A model generated the notes under the pieces. It was not told the DNA's origin and did not search any database. It saw only the letters and a program-made list of their open reading frames with translations. A stretch of DNA of 64,000 nt from contig CM052816.1 of the NCBI GenBank assembly GCA_028534125.1, positions 53,136,001 to 53,200,000 of the forward strand, in the 5' to 3' direction. The stretch comes from Lama glama. Lineage: Eukaryota. This document shows, piece by piece, positions 50,030 through 62,919 of the stretch; the stretch's first letter is position 1; every line of letters begins with the position of its first letter. Position numbers and translations under genes: made by a program.

Positions 50030-51705
50030 GAAGTGTAAGTGGTAATGTTGGAGTGTATTGTCTGCAAAGAATGAAAAAACAGTAATAAAAATCGGCCATG
50101 CACTGGCAATTCTAAACAATGTCAGTGATTAAATACTTCTCCCTAAAAAACGGTTTTATATATTTGTAAACAACTGCTGCATAGAGTTGAATAATATATA
50201 TAAACTTCAAATTAGCATTTTTATTGTTTACTTTAAAAATGAACATTGTATTCTAATGGCAATTAGAGAATTCCCAGTTACACAATTGGCCCCTGGCTTT
50301 TTGGGGCTGAACTACAAGCATTCATTTTGAAAATAAATTCCTATGGTTTGGAATTATTGAGCTATATTGCAGGGAGGGGAGTTGGGGGCAAGGGAGACAC
50401 AGTTCATGTCTGAGACCCCAGTGGTACTAATATTCCTGTATCTAAACAATAGATGAACAATGATGGCATAATGCCTGTAAAGATAAAGAAAACCTGAATT
50501 ACTTCGATTTTGTTATTCTATGTGACTGCTTGGAGCTGTTATTTGGATTTAAAATTTAAAACAGTGAAACAGTTTGAACTAGGAGGTGAAATATTTTTGT
50601 TTGGTAATGTTACATTTTCTGATATCTAAACAGCTTTTAGTTTTGTGGACAGAATTCAGATAGGGGCTAGGCCTGATCTCATAAAGGGTTTGGGGCAAAC
50701 ACTGAAACTCATGATTTGGAGCAGGCTGGAACTCCTAAGCAGAAAGCTAACAAGTTTTAGTTCATACTTAAAATATCTTAGTTAACTTAAATGATATCTT
50801 AATTTTAGTTGGAATTCTTCTTATTTAATTACAATTAACCTCTTAATTGTAAGCAGATAAGAGAGAGGGTCCCCAAAGAAAGAAAACCAGACAGAGCTTT
50901 CTTGACATGAGATACCATTTTTGGCCTAAGTCATTTTGTGATTTAAGCCTGGCCGCAATGCTTACCCTTGAACTGGGATCAATAATTAATGATCTTAGGG
51001 GGACAAAAAAAAAATGCAGAAACAAATGACTGTTATTAGGCAAGAGAAGTAAAAAAAGTAAAGGTAATGTATCAGTTGTAAAGACTCCAAATTCTATTTA
51101 GATGGTAAAGATTAGGCAGAAGAGCTTAACCACCAGATCAACTGGAACCTAAGGGATGATGTTGACTGTTGACTGTGACTTTCAATCAGCTAAAAACTTG
51201 GAATCTGTGGCCCCTTCATGAATATGCATGTACCTTTAGCTTAAAACTTTCCTAGTTTTTCTGTTCTAGGAGACACTGATTTGGGAAAGATGTCCCCTGT
51301 TCTCCTTACTTACTGCAAGTAATAGATCTTTCCTTTTCCTGATCCTTTGTTGGGTTGCACCTTTTCGCTTGACACTGACCAAGAGGCAAACCCAGTTTTG
51401 GTGAACCCAATTTTTGGGTAACATAATATTATTCATTACTGTGAAAGACCAATATGTTCGTATAATATTTTCCCTTAAAATTAATGTAATTAAACAAGAT
51501 TAATACATTACATTTTTTTGGTATGGAATCTTTGTTTTGTTATTTATTTTACTGTCATGTTTTATACATACAAATTTCAATAAATTAAAAAACATACTGT
51601 CGATTTTTCTGGCCATTACTATTATCAATTTGATTTCATGGTTATTACTGAAAAAAAATTGTATAGAGAATTAGGAGTTTAAAAATGATCAACTCCAGAT
51701 ATCAA
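50030..51705. mobile_element. MER97-like hAT-Tip100 relic, interrupted by an LTR
   Basis: gtgtattgtctgcaaagaat...ccatgcactggcaattctaaacaatgtcagtgattaaatact at the start and aaaaatgatcaactccagatatc at the end. Confidence 0.6.
50848..51423 (+). mobile_element. ERV1 solo LTR, 576 bp
   Basis: TGTAAG...GGTAACA termini with a 4-bp TSD TAAT (50844-50847 and 51424-51427). Confidence 0.85.
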
Positions 51706-52702
51706 AAAATAAAATGTGTGCTAATTAGTGATCATGCTTAAAAACTTAGCCATTATTATCCATTGTTATCAATATCCAACCAAGTGGTGCATTTTAGCCT
51801 CCAGATTTTCTGGAGCTTGGTCAGATCCAGGAGGAGGGAGAAGAATATTAGATACTTCGACTAAATTATTCCTCTTAGAAAATAAGGTAGAGCAAGTGAG
51901 AAGAAATAAAATCACTAACAGTTAGTAGTAGAATAACAACAAAACAACCGCCCCTATGATAAAGTATGTGGAGAGCTCTTGCCAATTGGTCTAGCAGAAA
52001 TTAAGTCATAACAGTTTTGCAGAATTTTACAGCCTTATTCCATCTAGAAATACAGGCATGCCCCACATAGAATGGGGGTACTCTGGAGGGCTTGATAACT
52101 TGGGAGGTGGGGGGCTCTTGGCTGCAGCCCCAGGGCCAGCCTGGAGTGATCACAGACTGCTAACAGCATGATAATAACTCTAGGAGGTAAGAAGTTTTTT
52201 TTTCTGCTACCTCCTCAAAATCCCTCAGCTTAGAGAAATACAAAAAAAAAAAAATTCTGTTTCCTTCTTTTTTCTCAAATTGTAGACAGTAACTCTGGAA
52301 AATTGATCATAACTCTGTCTAACATTTCTCCGAACTTATCTTTTTTTTTCCCCTGCTTGGGGAGTGCAGTAGAGAAGAGAGGATGAAAGTGTGCAATCTG
52401 GGAGGGTTTTAATTACTTACTCGGATTAATTACTTACCCCAATAGTTAACATGGTACAGTGAACACTTACTCTGCACCAGAAGCTGCTTGTAAACATCTC
52501 TGTGTGTATTACTTTGTTTAGCCCTCAGAGAACCCTATGAGGTCAGAACTGTTATTAATCCTCTTTTACAGAGAGGAAACTGAAGTAACTTGCCTAAATT
52601 TATTGGCACCCTCTTAACCACCCTACTACATACTTAACAAGTAGAGATGTTGAGAGGATTAGATAGAGAATGCATAAAAAACTCTTAGATTGGTGCTGAC
52701 AG

Positions 52703-53565
52703 TGTTGGATTTTACCTTGAACTTTGTGAGCCTGGAAAATAGCTATCATTAAAGAGTCTGAGATTTGTAAATGTTAGCCACCATATATAAAAATAGATTT
52801 AAAAAGAGCAAGTTTCCTCTGTATAGCACAGGGAACTAACTATATTCAATATCTTGTAATAACCTTTAATGAAAAAGAGTATGAAAACAAATATATGTGT
52901 ATATATATACATGACTGAGACATTGTGTTGTGCACCAGAAATTGACACACTGTAACTGACTGTACTTCAATTAAAAAAAAAAAAAGACAGAAAGAAATGC
53001 CCCCACCCATTGTGTTCTGGAAAATGGTTTATTGCAAAGAGACATCCTTCCCCATACGACCTACATACATCTCAGGTGCTCCCTTGTTTACTTATCATAA
53101 TGGCCAGACAGGGACACTCTAAATTCCCATTTGTGCCTCATAAATAATTAGCTGAACTGTTCAGTCCCCACTGAGTAGTCAAAACGAAATGCTAATTAAA
53201 CTTTGGTTAGGATTCTCTCCTTCCCTCAGACCCCTGAACTTTAACGCATCTCCAAATTAGCATGCAGCTCCTCCCTTAACATCTTCTCCTGAAAATAGGT
53301 TGACCTCAGGGTAAACATTCTCTGAACTACTTTCAAATCAGCCACCTCAGCCGCACTTTCATCCCACTCTCCCGCTTCACATTCTTTCCAGCCTTGTTTA
53401 CTCTGCTCCATAAAAGAAAACCCCATCTTACCTAACCCTAGAGATCCTTGCAGACTAGACCCCTCCTACTGCCATCGCCCCTTCCTCGGCCACCTCCCAT
53501 CCTGGCAATAATCCTTTCAAATGAAGTCTCTCCTTAACTAAATCTGGATTTGTTTTTTATTTGAA
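52703..53565 (+). mobile_element. ERV1 LTR (MER34/MER39-like) inserted in a MIR
   Basis: tgttggattttaccttgaac...tagctgaactg...ctcagggtaaacattctctga...aagtctctccttaactaaatctggatttgttttttatttga. MIR sequence continues on both sides. Confidence 0.7.
52754..52985 (+). mobile_element. Young L1 3' end inserted in the LTR
   Basis: It is near-identical to 3229-3440 (gagtctgagatttg...aattgacacactg) and ends in an A tail. Confidence 0.9.
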
Positions 53566-53714
53566 GGTTCCTGGCACTTAGTTAGGACTCGGTAAATATT
53601 AGCTACTATTGCTATTTCCTTGCATCCTCTTCCTTTGTCCTGCGCTAAAACTTTGCAAAAAGCAATGAGGGAAATCCAGCTTGCTGCATACACCTGATGA
53701 GTGTATAAATTAAT

Positions 53715-54140
53715 CTTAGGCCACAGAGGAAATAGAACAGTCATACCTGGATAATTTGAGGAGGATTTATTTATAAGGGAGACTAGTTAAAAAGTTATGG
53801 CGAGTGGAAAAACCACAAGTGACAATAGTAATAGAATTTTTACCTTCTCTAGGTTGAGGGGACAAAAGAGGCAGATACTGCCAGAATATGGAAGGACAGT
53901 CACGTAGAGCAAGCCAATCTGATCAAATGGCCCAGCGAACCTCCATCAGGGAATAAACATCCAATCTTACCTCCTCTCTCCCTTGGATCTTCGACGGTGG
54001 CACTCCACTGACTAAATCCAACAGGAAGCCAGGGCTCAGGAGCCCTGTTACTGTAATTGACACAAGTAAGCCTCAAGGGGCAGAAAGCCAGGTGGGAGGG
54101 AGTGGCGATCTGGAGGGACAAGTGGAAAATATCTATCACA
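53715..54140 (-). mobile_element. LTR40-like ERVL LTR
   Basis: ccactgactaaatccaacaggaagccaggg...gatctggagggacaagtggaaaatatctatcaca. Confidence 0.6.
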
Positions 54141-54162
54141 AAGGGGCTCACAGCCTTCTGTG

Positions 54163-54559
54163 TGTCTTAGATTGGGTCCCTAGAAACAGACACTGAAACA
54201 AAGAGTCATATGCAGAAGGCTTATTAAGGATTTCTCTCTGGAGATCCAGATTTAAGGAAGTGAAGGAGGCAGGACCGCAACAGAGGGAGAAGCTGACTCA
54301 TAACGCAGGTGCAAAGCCCCAGCCTGTTCTATCAGGAGTTCTGGAATTGGGATGGTTTTTCAGGGTCACCCCCAAACTGGGGCTATGGGGCAGCCCCTCT
54401 TCGTACACACGCATCAGCCAGACAGGTACAACCTTGGGCTAAGGCTGAGCAGAGCCTGTGACCTAAAGGAATTCCCAGGGAAGGATGCAGGTAGGAGCTT
54501 TTAGCACCTGCAGGGAAGCGGGAGGGATCTGAGTGGAACATCACAGTATCCACTACCAC
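54163..54559 (-). mobile_element. LTR16-like solo LTR
   Basis: tgtcttagattgggtccctagaaacagac...cagagggagaagctga...gggatctgagtggaacatcacagtatccacta. Confidence 0.7.
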
Positions 54560-54719
54560 GTGTACCAGGATGGAGGCCACTGCTGATTGGATGGCCAAAG
54601 ACAAGTAAAGTGCTGAACACGGACTGATCAAATACACGGCTGAGTTGGTGAGAAGGGTTGAAAAGCATGAACTTAGATGTTGAGAGACATTTGAAAAACT
54701 TCAAGCTTCATTCTTGGTA

Positions 54720-55650
54720 AAATATATAAATAATAATAAACCTCTTAATAACAGAAATAAATGGATACCTCCTTAACATGGCAATATGCCTACATCTCAA
54801 CCCAGGTGCTCAAATCATGCTTAATGGGCAACCTCAGGCTCCTTCCCATGAAAGGAAGGGACAAGCCAAGGCTATCCACCCTCATCATGATTATTTAATG
54901 CTGTTCTGGAGGTAGTAGCCCATGCAACACAAGAAAAGATACAAGAGGTATAAAAGCAGGAAAGGAGGAGTATATTTTTCATTAGAATTGTAAAGATAAA
55001 AGTTTCACCTATCAAATTAGCAAATATAACAAAGTTGGATAATGCACTTGGTTGGTCAAAGTGTGGAGAAACAGACACTCTGAGACATTGGTAGTGGGAC
55101 AGTAAATGACTACACTCCTCTTTGGGAGACAATCTGACAACAGTTATTAAAATTAAACACATGCAGACTCTTTCACTAGTGAGTCCACTTCAAGGAAAGT
55201 ACCTTATGGATATACTCACCTGTGCAGACAAAATAGATGTGTGAGGATGTTATTTTTAGCTTGGTTTATCACAGCAAATGAAACGACCTAACTGTCCACT
55301 GGTGGGGACAAATTAAACTGTAGCCCAACCATGGGATGAAACACTATGTTGCTTTTAAAATGAATGAAGCACATTTGTTTGTATTAATATGTAAAGTGAT
55401 TGTCGAGATATATTGTTGAGTAAAAAGAATCAAGATGCAGAAAAATGTGCTAATAACTAATATGGTGTTTTTGTTGTTTTAAAAAAACAACATATGCATA
55501 GAAAAATCTTAAGATAGACAAGAAAACTAGTAATGACAGCTACAACTGGAGATCAGAACTGGATATTTGGGACAGCTGGATAAGAAGAAAACTTTTTTTA
55601 TTACTTTTTTGGTACTTTTGAACTTTGTGCCTATTCAAAAATTAATGTAA
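54720..55650 (+). mobile_element. Decayed L1ME fragments
   Basis: acaagccaaggctatccaccctcatcatgattatttaatgctgttctggagg and tgtggagaaacagacactc. Confidence 0.6.
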
Positions 55651-56604
55651 ATAAATAAATAGACAAAAGAGATGGACCCAAAGCAGGCAAGTATTAGAAA
55701 CAACATACTGACAGCAAATTTTTATAATAACAACTATAGGAACAACAAAACAATCAATTCCCTTTCCCCAAAAAAGAGGCAGGGGAGAAGTAAGGAAAAT
55801 TGGATTAAAGTTAATAATGAGTCAGAGATGAACTACAGAGATTTATCCCTCTCTAGCCTACAGCCCTGGGGAAGAGCAGGAGATTCCTTCTGTGTTTTGG
55901 CTAAGAAAATGACTGTTACTGCATTCTCTGATATCTATTCAATGTTTGATTTCATGGATAAAATTCAGATAGGAGCCAGGCTTGTAAAGCCTTGTCTTAT
56001 AATAGGCTTGAGGCAAACACTAAGGAGCACCATTCCTGAGCAGGGCATCCCGTGTAACTGTCTCCCAGTCTCTCAGCATTTGCATAAAGGCATATTTGGA
56101 CTGGGATGTGGCAGAGCTCCCCAGGAGACTGTACACCAGCTGAGGGACAATGACCCCAGTTACTCTCTTGTTTTATGTGGCCAGCATGGAAGTTTCTTGT
56201 ATGGCTTATAACACAGGTGCTTTGAGACAAAGCAGTTGAATATAGGTGACAGCTGCCCAGAACCTGGAATCTTGGGGGTCACGACCGAAAAAGAAGAGGG
56301 AAATCTCATTGCCATGCAAAGCAGTTTGAACTGCTTCACTCATTGGACAATCCTTATGTTGGTCCTCACATGGCTTAACATAGATCCCTAACTGTTAAAG
56401 GCTTTGAATACCCTTCTTTCGACAATGGCCTTTAAAAATTTAAGGGACCCAAGAAAGTTGATGAAGTCAAACAACACTCTCAAGGAAGCCATTTTTTGAT
56501 TACCAGAATGCAAGACTTTTTGCCATAGCAAATCATACTGATAAGTCTCTGTGCTTATGATATAGTTTTAATAGCATGTATTATGCTTTTAAAATTTTTT
56601 CAAC

Positions 56605-56819
56605 AAATTTTTATTGAAGTATACTTGATTTATAATGTTGTGTTAGTTTATGGTGTACAGCAAGTGATTCAGTTATATATATATATATGTATATATATTC
56701 TTTCTCATATTCTTTTCCATTACAACTTATTATAGGATAATGAATCTAGTTCCCTGTGCTATACTGTAGGACCTTGCTGTTTTTCTGTTTTATATACAGT
56801 AGTTTGTGTCTGCTAATCA
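56605..56819 (-). mobile_element. L1 3' end
   Basis: tttttattgaagtatacttgatttataatgttgtgttagtt...gttccctgtgctatactgtaggacc. Confidence 0.85.
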
Positions 56820-57920
56820 TTGGAGGAGAGTCTTTATAAGGAATTTTTTTCCTTCTATCTAACTTCTACCAGAAAGAATGGCTGAAGTTCCAGTTGCTAC
56901 ATTCATGGTCATTGAGCAGAATTCAAATAGCTCCATGCAGCAGATTATGTTATGCAGGTGCCTGGCTGTACATTTTGTAGCTAATTCATTCTGGCAGGCA
57001 TGTCAGGAAATTATGCTGTTCAGAATCAAATGTTCCACAGGAACATTACTAGACTTTTTCTTTGGCTAAGTGGCAAAAGTGATCATACCTACTCTGAAAA
57101 TTTTCCAGGTCAAGATCATGTATCCCAGGCTCTGCTCAAGCATGAGTGCCAGGAAGATGAGTCCTGGGCAATTCTGCGGATTTGTATATTTCTTCAGGGA
57201 CCTCAACTGGGTACTAGAGTGGAGACAAAGGTGTTTTGTGAGGGAAATTTCTGGCTTTGGCTCAAGTATTCTGCAGTCCATCTTCCCTCACAGTAGACAG
57301 TTTGGGGCAAGGTTTTCAAGTTGATAGAATGTCAGCCTTGCTACCTGCTTACCTGATGTACAAGATTTATGTCTCTTCTATCAGTTAGCCACATAAAATC
57401 CCAATACTACATTCCAGTTGGAGAATAACCTTGAGTTGTCAATTATTTTACTCCTTTCAAAAGCTAAGCAGAGAAAAGTGGCATTTAGCCAAGTTTAAGG
57501 GACATATTATCCATCCAATTTTGGTGATTTTAAGACCTGTCCTGGTATCATATGAGATCACTCTGATAGTAGAGCTGTATATTTATGTGACATTAACTTA
57601 GTCCTCTCCAGAATCTCTATTATTGAGTTTAACTTTTAGAGAGTGCAAGGGCAAGATTTGCTATAAAACTTTTGAATTTATTGGCTGAAATATCTAACAA
57701 TGTCTCCTACATAAGGCATCTCATGATGGATTTATTTTATTTTAGAACTTAGTACTACGGGAAAAAAATCTCTTCTAAAAAACTGACTTCCAAATTTGCC
57801 ATTCTAAGAACAACACGTTGGATTGCTCTCTCTCTGGCAAAAATAGAATTACTAATCATGCACAGTTACTACGTTAGCTTTTGGGGCTAGCTATATGCTT
57901 CCTCCTCCTTTTTATGACTT

Positions 57921-58036
57921 TCTTTTTTTTATTATTTATTCATTTTATTTTACTTTTTAAATATTTTTTAAATGAAGGTACTAGTGATTGAACCCATGAC
58001 CTTGTGCATGCTAAGCACTGAGCTATACCTACCCCC
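57921..58036 (-). mobile_element. Vic-1-type SINE with an internal deletion
   Basis: gtactagtgattgaacccatgaccttgtgcatgctaagcactgagctatacc, with TSD ATGACTTTC. Confidence 0.85.
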
Positions 58037-58254
58037 TTCATGACTTTCGTATTACATTTCTTTCCCAATAAATGTGTCATATATGCATCTCTTATTGGAA
58101 ATTTCTGTATTGCCTAAATTTATTTTTAGAAAAAAGTAGGGCTTTGAATTTGTATTATTATCAAATACTTCCCAAAACCCCCTACTATGTTCATTTAATA
58201 AACAATAAAACCCCAACAACAACAGACTACACCCAGATAAGGAGCAAGATTTTT

Positions 58255-58363
58255 ATTTAAAGTATTTTTTTGTTTGTTTTTTTAGGGCTGTAATTAGGCT
58301 TATTTGTTTATTTATTTATGCATTTAGTTATGTATTTATTTAATAGAGGTGCTGGGGGTTGAA
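58255..58363 (-). mobile_element. 5'-truncated Vic-1-type SINE
   Basis: Only the tail and the end of the B box (agaggtgctgggggttgaa) remain. The flanks carry a GGAGCAAGA duplication. Confidence 0.7.
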
Positions 58364-59205
58364 GGGAGCAAGAGTTTAAAAATAAAGAAGTCTGAGAGAG
58401 AAAGAATAAAAGTACCCATCATTAGTTTCTCATTTAAGTCTTAAATTCATTCATAGCAGTTGAAGTTCAGATAAATTCATTGATTCTCTAAATGCAGTAG
58501 TAAACATCAGGTTTGCCAAACTCCATGTTGGAGGCTGGCATCTACTCCCTTTTGGGAGATCCCAGGAAAGGCTAAGAGTGGGGAAAAGGATGACAGTGGG
58601 GAGAGCAGTGCTGTCCCACATGCACTGACCATGCATGCCTTCCAGTTTAAGCTGTATTGGTGGGTCGGTCCTGACTCCTCCTGGCCTGGTTCAGAAACGA
58701 TGTAAACTCTGCGAGGGCGAGGGTTTTGACCAGGCACAAATGAGCTCAGGTTTTCTATTAAATATTTGGAGGATGAATGAACAAATAAATGAAAAAAATG
58801 AGTCAGCATGATAGGTACCCCGCGACGACGAGGGTGGTCCAAGTGTCCCTGAGCTGATGCCTGAGCTCCCGCCCTTACCTCCAAGCTTCTGCCAGGAGTT
58901 GGTAGTCCCATGAGAAGCTGATGCCAGAGAGCCTTTGTCTCAGTGGGTGGTAGGTCTTGGAAAGGGGATTCATGTCTTTTTTCCTTCTCTACCCAAACTC
59001 CATGCCATAAATGTAAAGTTGACTTTGTTTTAAAATATTGTGCACTTTAGACTGCCCATAAATCTTTAATATTTGTTTCCCTAGTTTGTCATAGCCATAT
59101 ACATGACAATGTAATGTGACCATCATCTTGGGTCTTTTGAAGCTCTGTGATAAAATCAACATACACATTTCTAAAAAAATCATGACACTGAGGAATCACT
59201 CTAAT

Positions 59206-59394
59206 CCAAGCGTTCTTGAGCTTTAGTGTGTATCAAAATCACCTAGAGGGCTTGTTCGAATTCACGTTGCTGGGTCCCACTTTCAGAATTACTGATTCAC
59301 TAGCTCTGGGGCTCAAGAATTTACATTTCTAACACATTCCCAAGTGATGCTGATGCTGCTAGTCCAGGGATCACATTTTGAGATCCACAGCCCT
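59206..59394. mobile_element. MER5A-like MITE
   Basis: tatcaaaatcacctagagggcttgtt...aagaatttacatttctaacacattcccaagtgatgctgatgctgct. Confidence 0.8.
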
Positions 59395-61319
59395 AAACTG
59401 ACTTCTTTACCCCACCACCTGCCTTTTGTGACCCCACAGTGCCTTCTGCTCTGAATGCAGTCGGCAAAGTTGCAGAATGTCCTCAAGAGTGAGTCTGACT
59501 AATCTGGGGACTGTGACCTGCATTATCTGCAGCTGGTAGCTGGTTGTAAAATGGAGCAATTAAGGATTAAGACATAAACCACAGGAAATTAATATGAAGC
59601 ACCACTGAGAATAAAACCCATACAATTGCTCTGCTTTGGTCATACACGTGCATCCTGCTTTGCTTTGCTGTTCTGCCCACCATGTATGAGACCACACCCA
59701 GAACAAACAAAAGACTCTCTTTGCCATTCAAGAATGATAAGGTCACAGGCCAGCAAGAGAATGGAAGTAAAGTCAATGAAATAAGATTCTGGTGCTGATC
59801 ATAAAGGAAAATGCCATTATACTAATTAATCAGTTAATATACAACCTCAGTCTGTAACTGCGGCATAGCGGACGTTTGAATTTCTATTGCCTTCAAAGAA
59901 TAGTTTCTTTAAGCCAAAATAATTTCTACCTGAATGTTTTCTATAATTCAGAACTTCATATGACTATTTCATAAGAATTCATTATTGATTTTGATGATAT
60001 GGCTTCTTAGAATACAAACCTGAAGCATACTATAAGATAAATATGAATTTGAAATACAGGTTGATGAGGTGGAAACAAATTGAAATTTTATAATGCTGAT
60101 TAATAATTCATTTCACTTCTTTAGAAATTTATATTTGGATTCCTTCTTATATAACCTCATGTAAAGATTTAAGTTGATTAGCACCAAGTAAAATGAATCG
60201 ATATAAAGTCTGGCAAATCTGGTTGGATGGATTGGACAAAAATGAGTTTGAAAGCTTTCTTCCTATCATGTCCCTTCCATGAGGTCACAAAGTCACTTTT
60301 CATATCACAGACATCCCCAAATGGTTACTTATTCCTTAATGTTTCATTTAACTAAATTAGAACAAGATGACAGTTTCTTTTTATTCATCTTACCCATCTC
60401 TAAGTGTTATTTATCTAAATCTGCTCCATCTACTATTCATAATGATTGCATTGATACACATAATTTAGGATGGAATTGATTTAAATATAATTTATTTAAA
60501 TTTAAATTACTACCCAGGAAGATAGAATGTAATAACTTCAACTGCAGCTTCATATCTCTTATTTGATTTAACCATAATATGGTTCTCAACTGGTAAATAG
60601 ATACAGTTTCATTCTTAGAAGGTCTATGCTATCCATTTCAAGTGTTGACTGATTTTGATAATTTCTCAAATTATTTTTACTGTCTAATTAGGAAAATGAA
60701 GCCTTTGAAACAAACAGATGTGAATTCATTGAGAGGGTTAAATGCCTCTGAGTCAATAGGTTTATCATGATTTTGTTTGACATATTTTACAATATGTCAA
60801 TATATCAAATAAAACACAAAAACAATGTACATGTCTGTAAGTGTTTTATCTGATTAAAACAACATGCTGGGAAATTTCTAAAGACACACAAAAATGTTGA
60901 AATTAACAACACTTGAAGAACAAATCTTTCACCTTCACTCCCTGACTCCTTGGGGACTGGCTACAGCACAGGGAGTTATGCACACTCAGGTTTGCAATCA
61001 TTCCTTTGCAGAAATTAACACAGGGAATGAGGGATGTCTTGCTGCAGAATCTAACCTTGCTTAATGAAGAAAAAAAAAAAGCAGCAATTTCAGAGTCTTG
61101 GCCTGGTTTGTGTTCAGGGTAATGAGCTAGGTGAATTTAGAATCTCAGAACCAGCCCCCAAAGTGCGTTAATGTGGCTAAGCAGTAGTGTGGCCTGCTGT
61201 CTCCACTGTGGATCTAGGTCTCTGTGCTGATCATCTGATAGAGGGCTGTTTTGTCCTCTTAATATACTTTAATATGCTTTATTACCTTTGAAATTTACTG
61301 TTTTTCCTTAGAAAGTATC

Positions 61320-61367
61320 GTGTGTGTGTGTGTGTGCGTGCGTGCGTGCGTGTGTGTGTGAGAGAGA
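61320..61367. repeat. (GT)n(GCGT)n(GA)n compound microsatellite
   Basis: A directly visible alternating purine-pyrimidine tract. Confidence 0.9.
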
Positions 61368-61890
61368 TTTAATACTCACCTCCAGGATGCTCTAGAATAA
61401 TGAAGGATATATTTTCAGGTTACACCAGGAAAGAATGGAGTCCAAGTCTTAGAATACTGAAGCTTGCTCCGGGCTGTCCTGGGCTAAGTCAAACATATAA
61501 TTGCCACACATCAATTGGACTTAAAAGATTGTTCAAGTTTCCTTAGCAAGAGATTTAAAGATAATCTTTCAGGGTTGGTTGATTGTTTAGAACTAATGTT
61601 ACCTAGACAGCTGACAAATGCTTAAGTATTACTCCCAGCAGGTCCTCACAATGGCCTTGTGAGGCTTATTAGCTTCATTTCTCAGAGGTAGAAGCTGAGT
61701 TCCCCAGTGGTAAGTGAGTGGTAGAACTGGATTAGGGCCTTGTCAGTCTGGTTCAAGAGTTTGCACTGTGTGTGTGTGTGTGTGTTTGATACTTTGAAAA
61801 AAGAAAACCTCCAAAGTTGGGGTGTGTTCTGCTCAGAGTGTCAGCTGTCCTTGATGATGAATGTTCTTTTGGGTAAAAAGTGGGTAAACT

Positions 61891-62549
61891 TGAAACCAAG
61901 GGCGGTCATCAGTTAGATCCCTTAAACCAAAACTTGCTTCATAAAAACTTCCCTGTAACCTGCATTCACCGATCAAGCTCGCCTTAATTGTGCTTGCAAA
62001 CCACATCTTCTCCAAGCTTCATGAAGCTGAGTCAATATATCACACGATTCCTTTAAACACCCCTATAGATAACACCTGGGAAGTGTGGGTTGCTATAGTA
62101 ACAGTTACTAAGCTGTTTTTCAGGAACCTGGAGCTAGTCATGCCTAGATCAAACTGCCCGAGACTGCCAACCATTCAACTGGGTCTTCCCGAGTGTCCGA
62201 TTGATGACCTTCTGACGTCAGAAGGTCCAAACTCCACCCTCAGCTCATGCTAACGCCACCATTTTCTCAAGGTACATCCCATGAAGAAGCATGTAACTCA
62301 AATAGGCCTGCACAGAACACCAATTATGTCACCTTTTCTTGTCTCCAGTCATATTTCCCCACACCTCAGACCTCCTTACCTCCTTATCCCCTAAATATTC
62401 CGAGCCTCTCACCTTCAGGGAGGCAGATTTCAGACTTCCTCTCCTGTCTCCTTGCTTGGCTGCCTTGTGAGTAAGCCTTTAGTCTGCTGCAAACCTTGGC
62501 GTCTCAGCATTTGGCTTGCTGTGTGTTGGGCACACCTGGTTTGGAAACA
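61891..62549 (+). mobile_element. ERV1 solo LTR, 659 bp
   Basis: TGAAAC...GGAAACA termini with a 4-bp TSD AACT (61887-61890 and 62550-62553). A TATA-like cctaaata and a degenerate poly(A) signal lie in the 3' half. Confidence 0.82.
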
Positions 62550-62919
62550 AACTGCCTTACGAAGGGCAGTGGGCCTTTGCTGATGGAGATACTCAATCCG
62601 AGTATGTTTTGGGGTGCCACATCTCAGAAAAGCCAGAACCTCTCAGAGGAGAACAACAAAGCTAGCAAGGACGTGGAACAGCATCTACGTGAAGCAAGAA
62701 TAAGAAACTTGAGATACTTCCCTCTTGTGTCTTCAGCTCCCAAACCCATCAGAGTCAGCAAAAGATAGGAGAGCTGCTGTTGTGGAAGATGGGAATTTTA
62801 GGGTTTTCTTGGCTAGTCCTTTAACTAGCTATGTGGATGTGAGCAAGTCTCACTGATCTTGGTTTCCTTATTTATGAGATAGATTCTTGGTTTCCTTGGC
62901 ACACTTTCTACACCAAAGC

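Noticed and set aside
60062..60100. TGATGA...CTGA, resembling C/D-box snoRNA motifs
   Set aside because: It is too short (~40 nt), has no terminal stem and is intergenic with no host intron.
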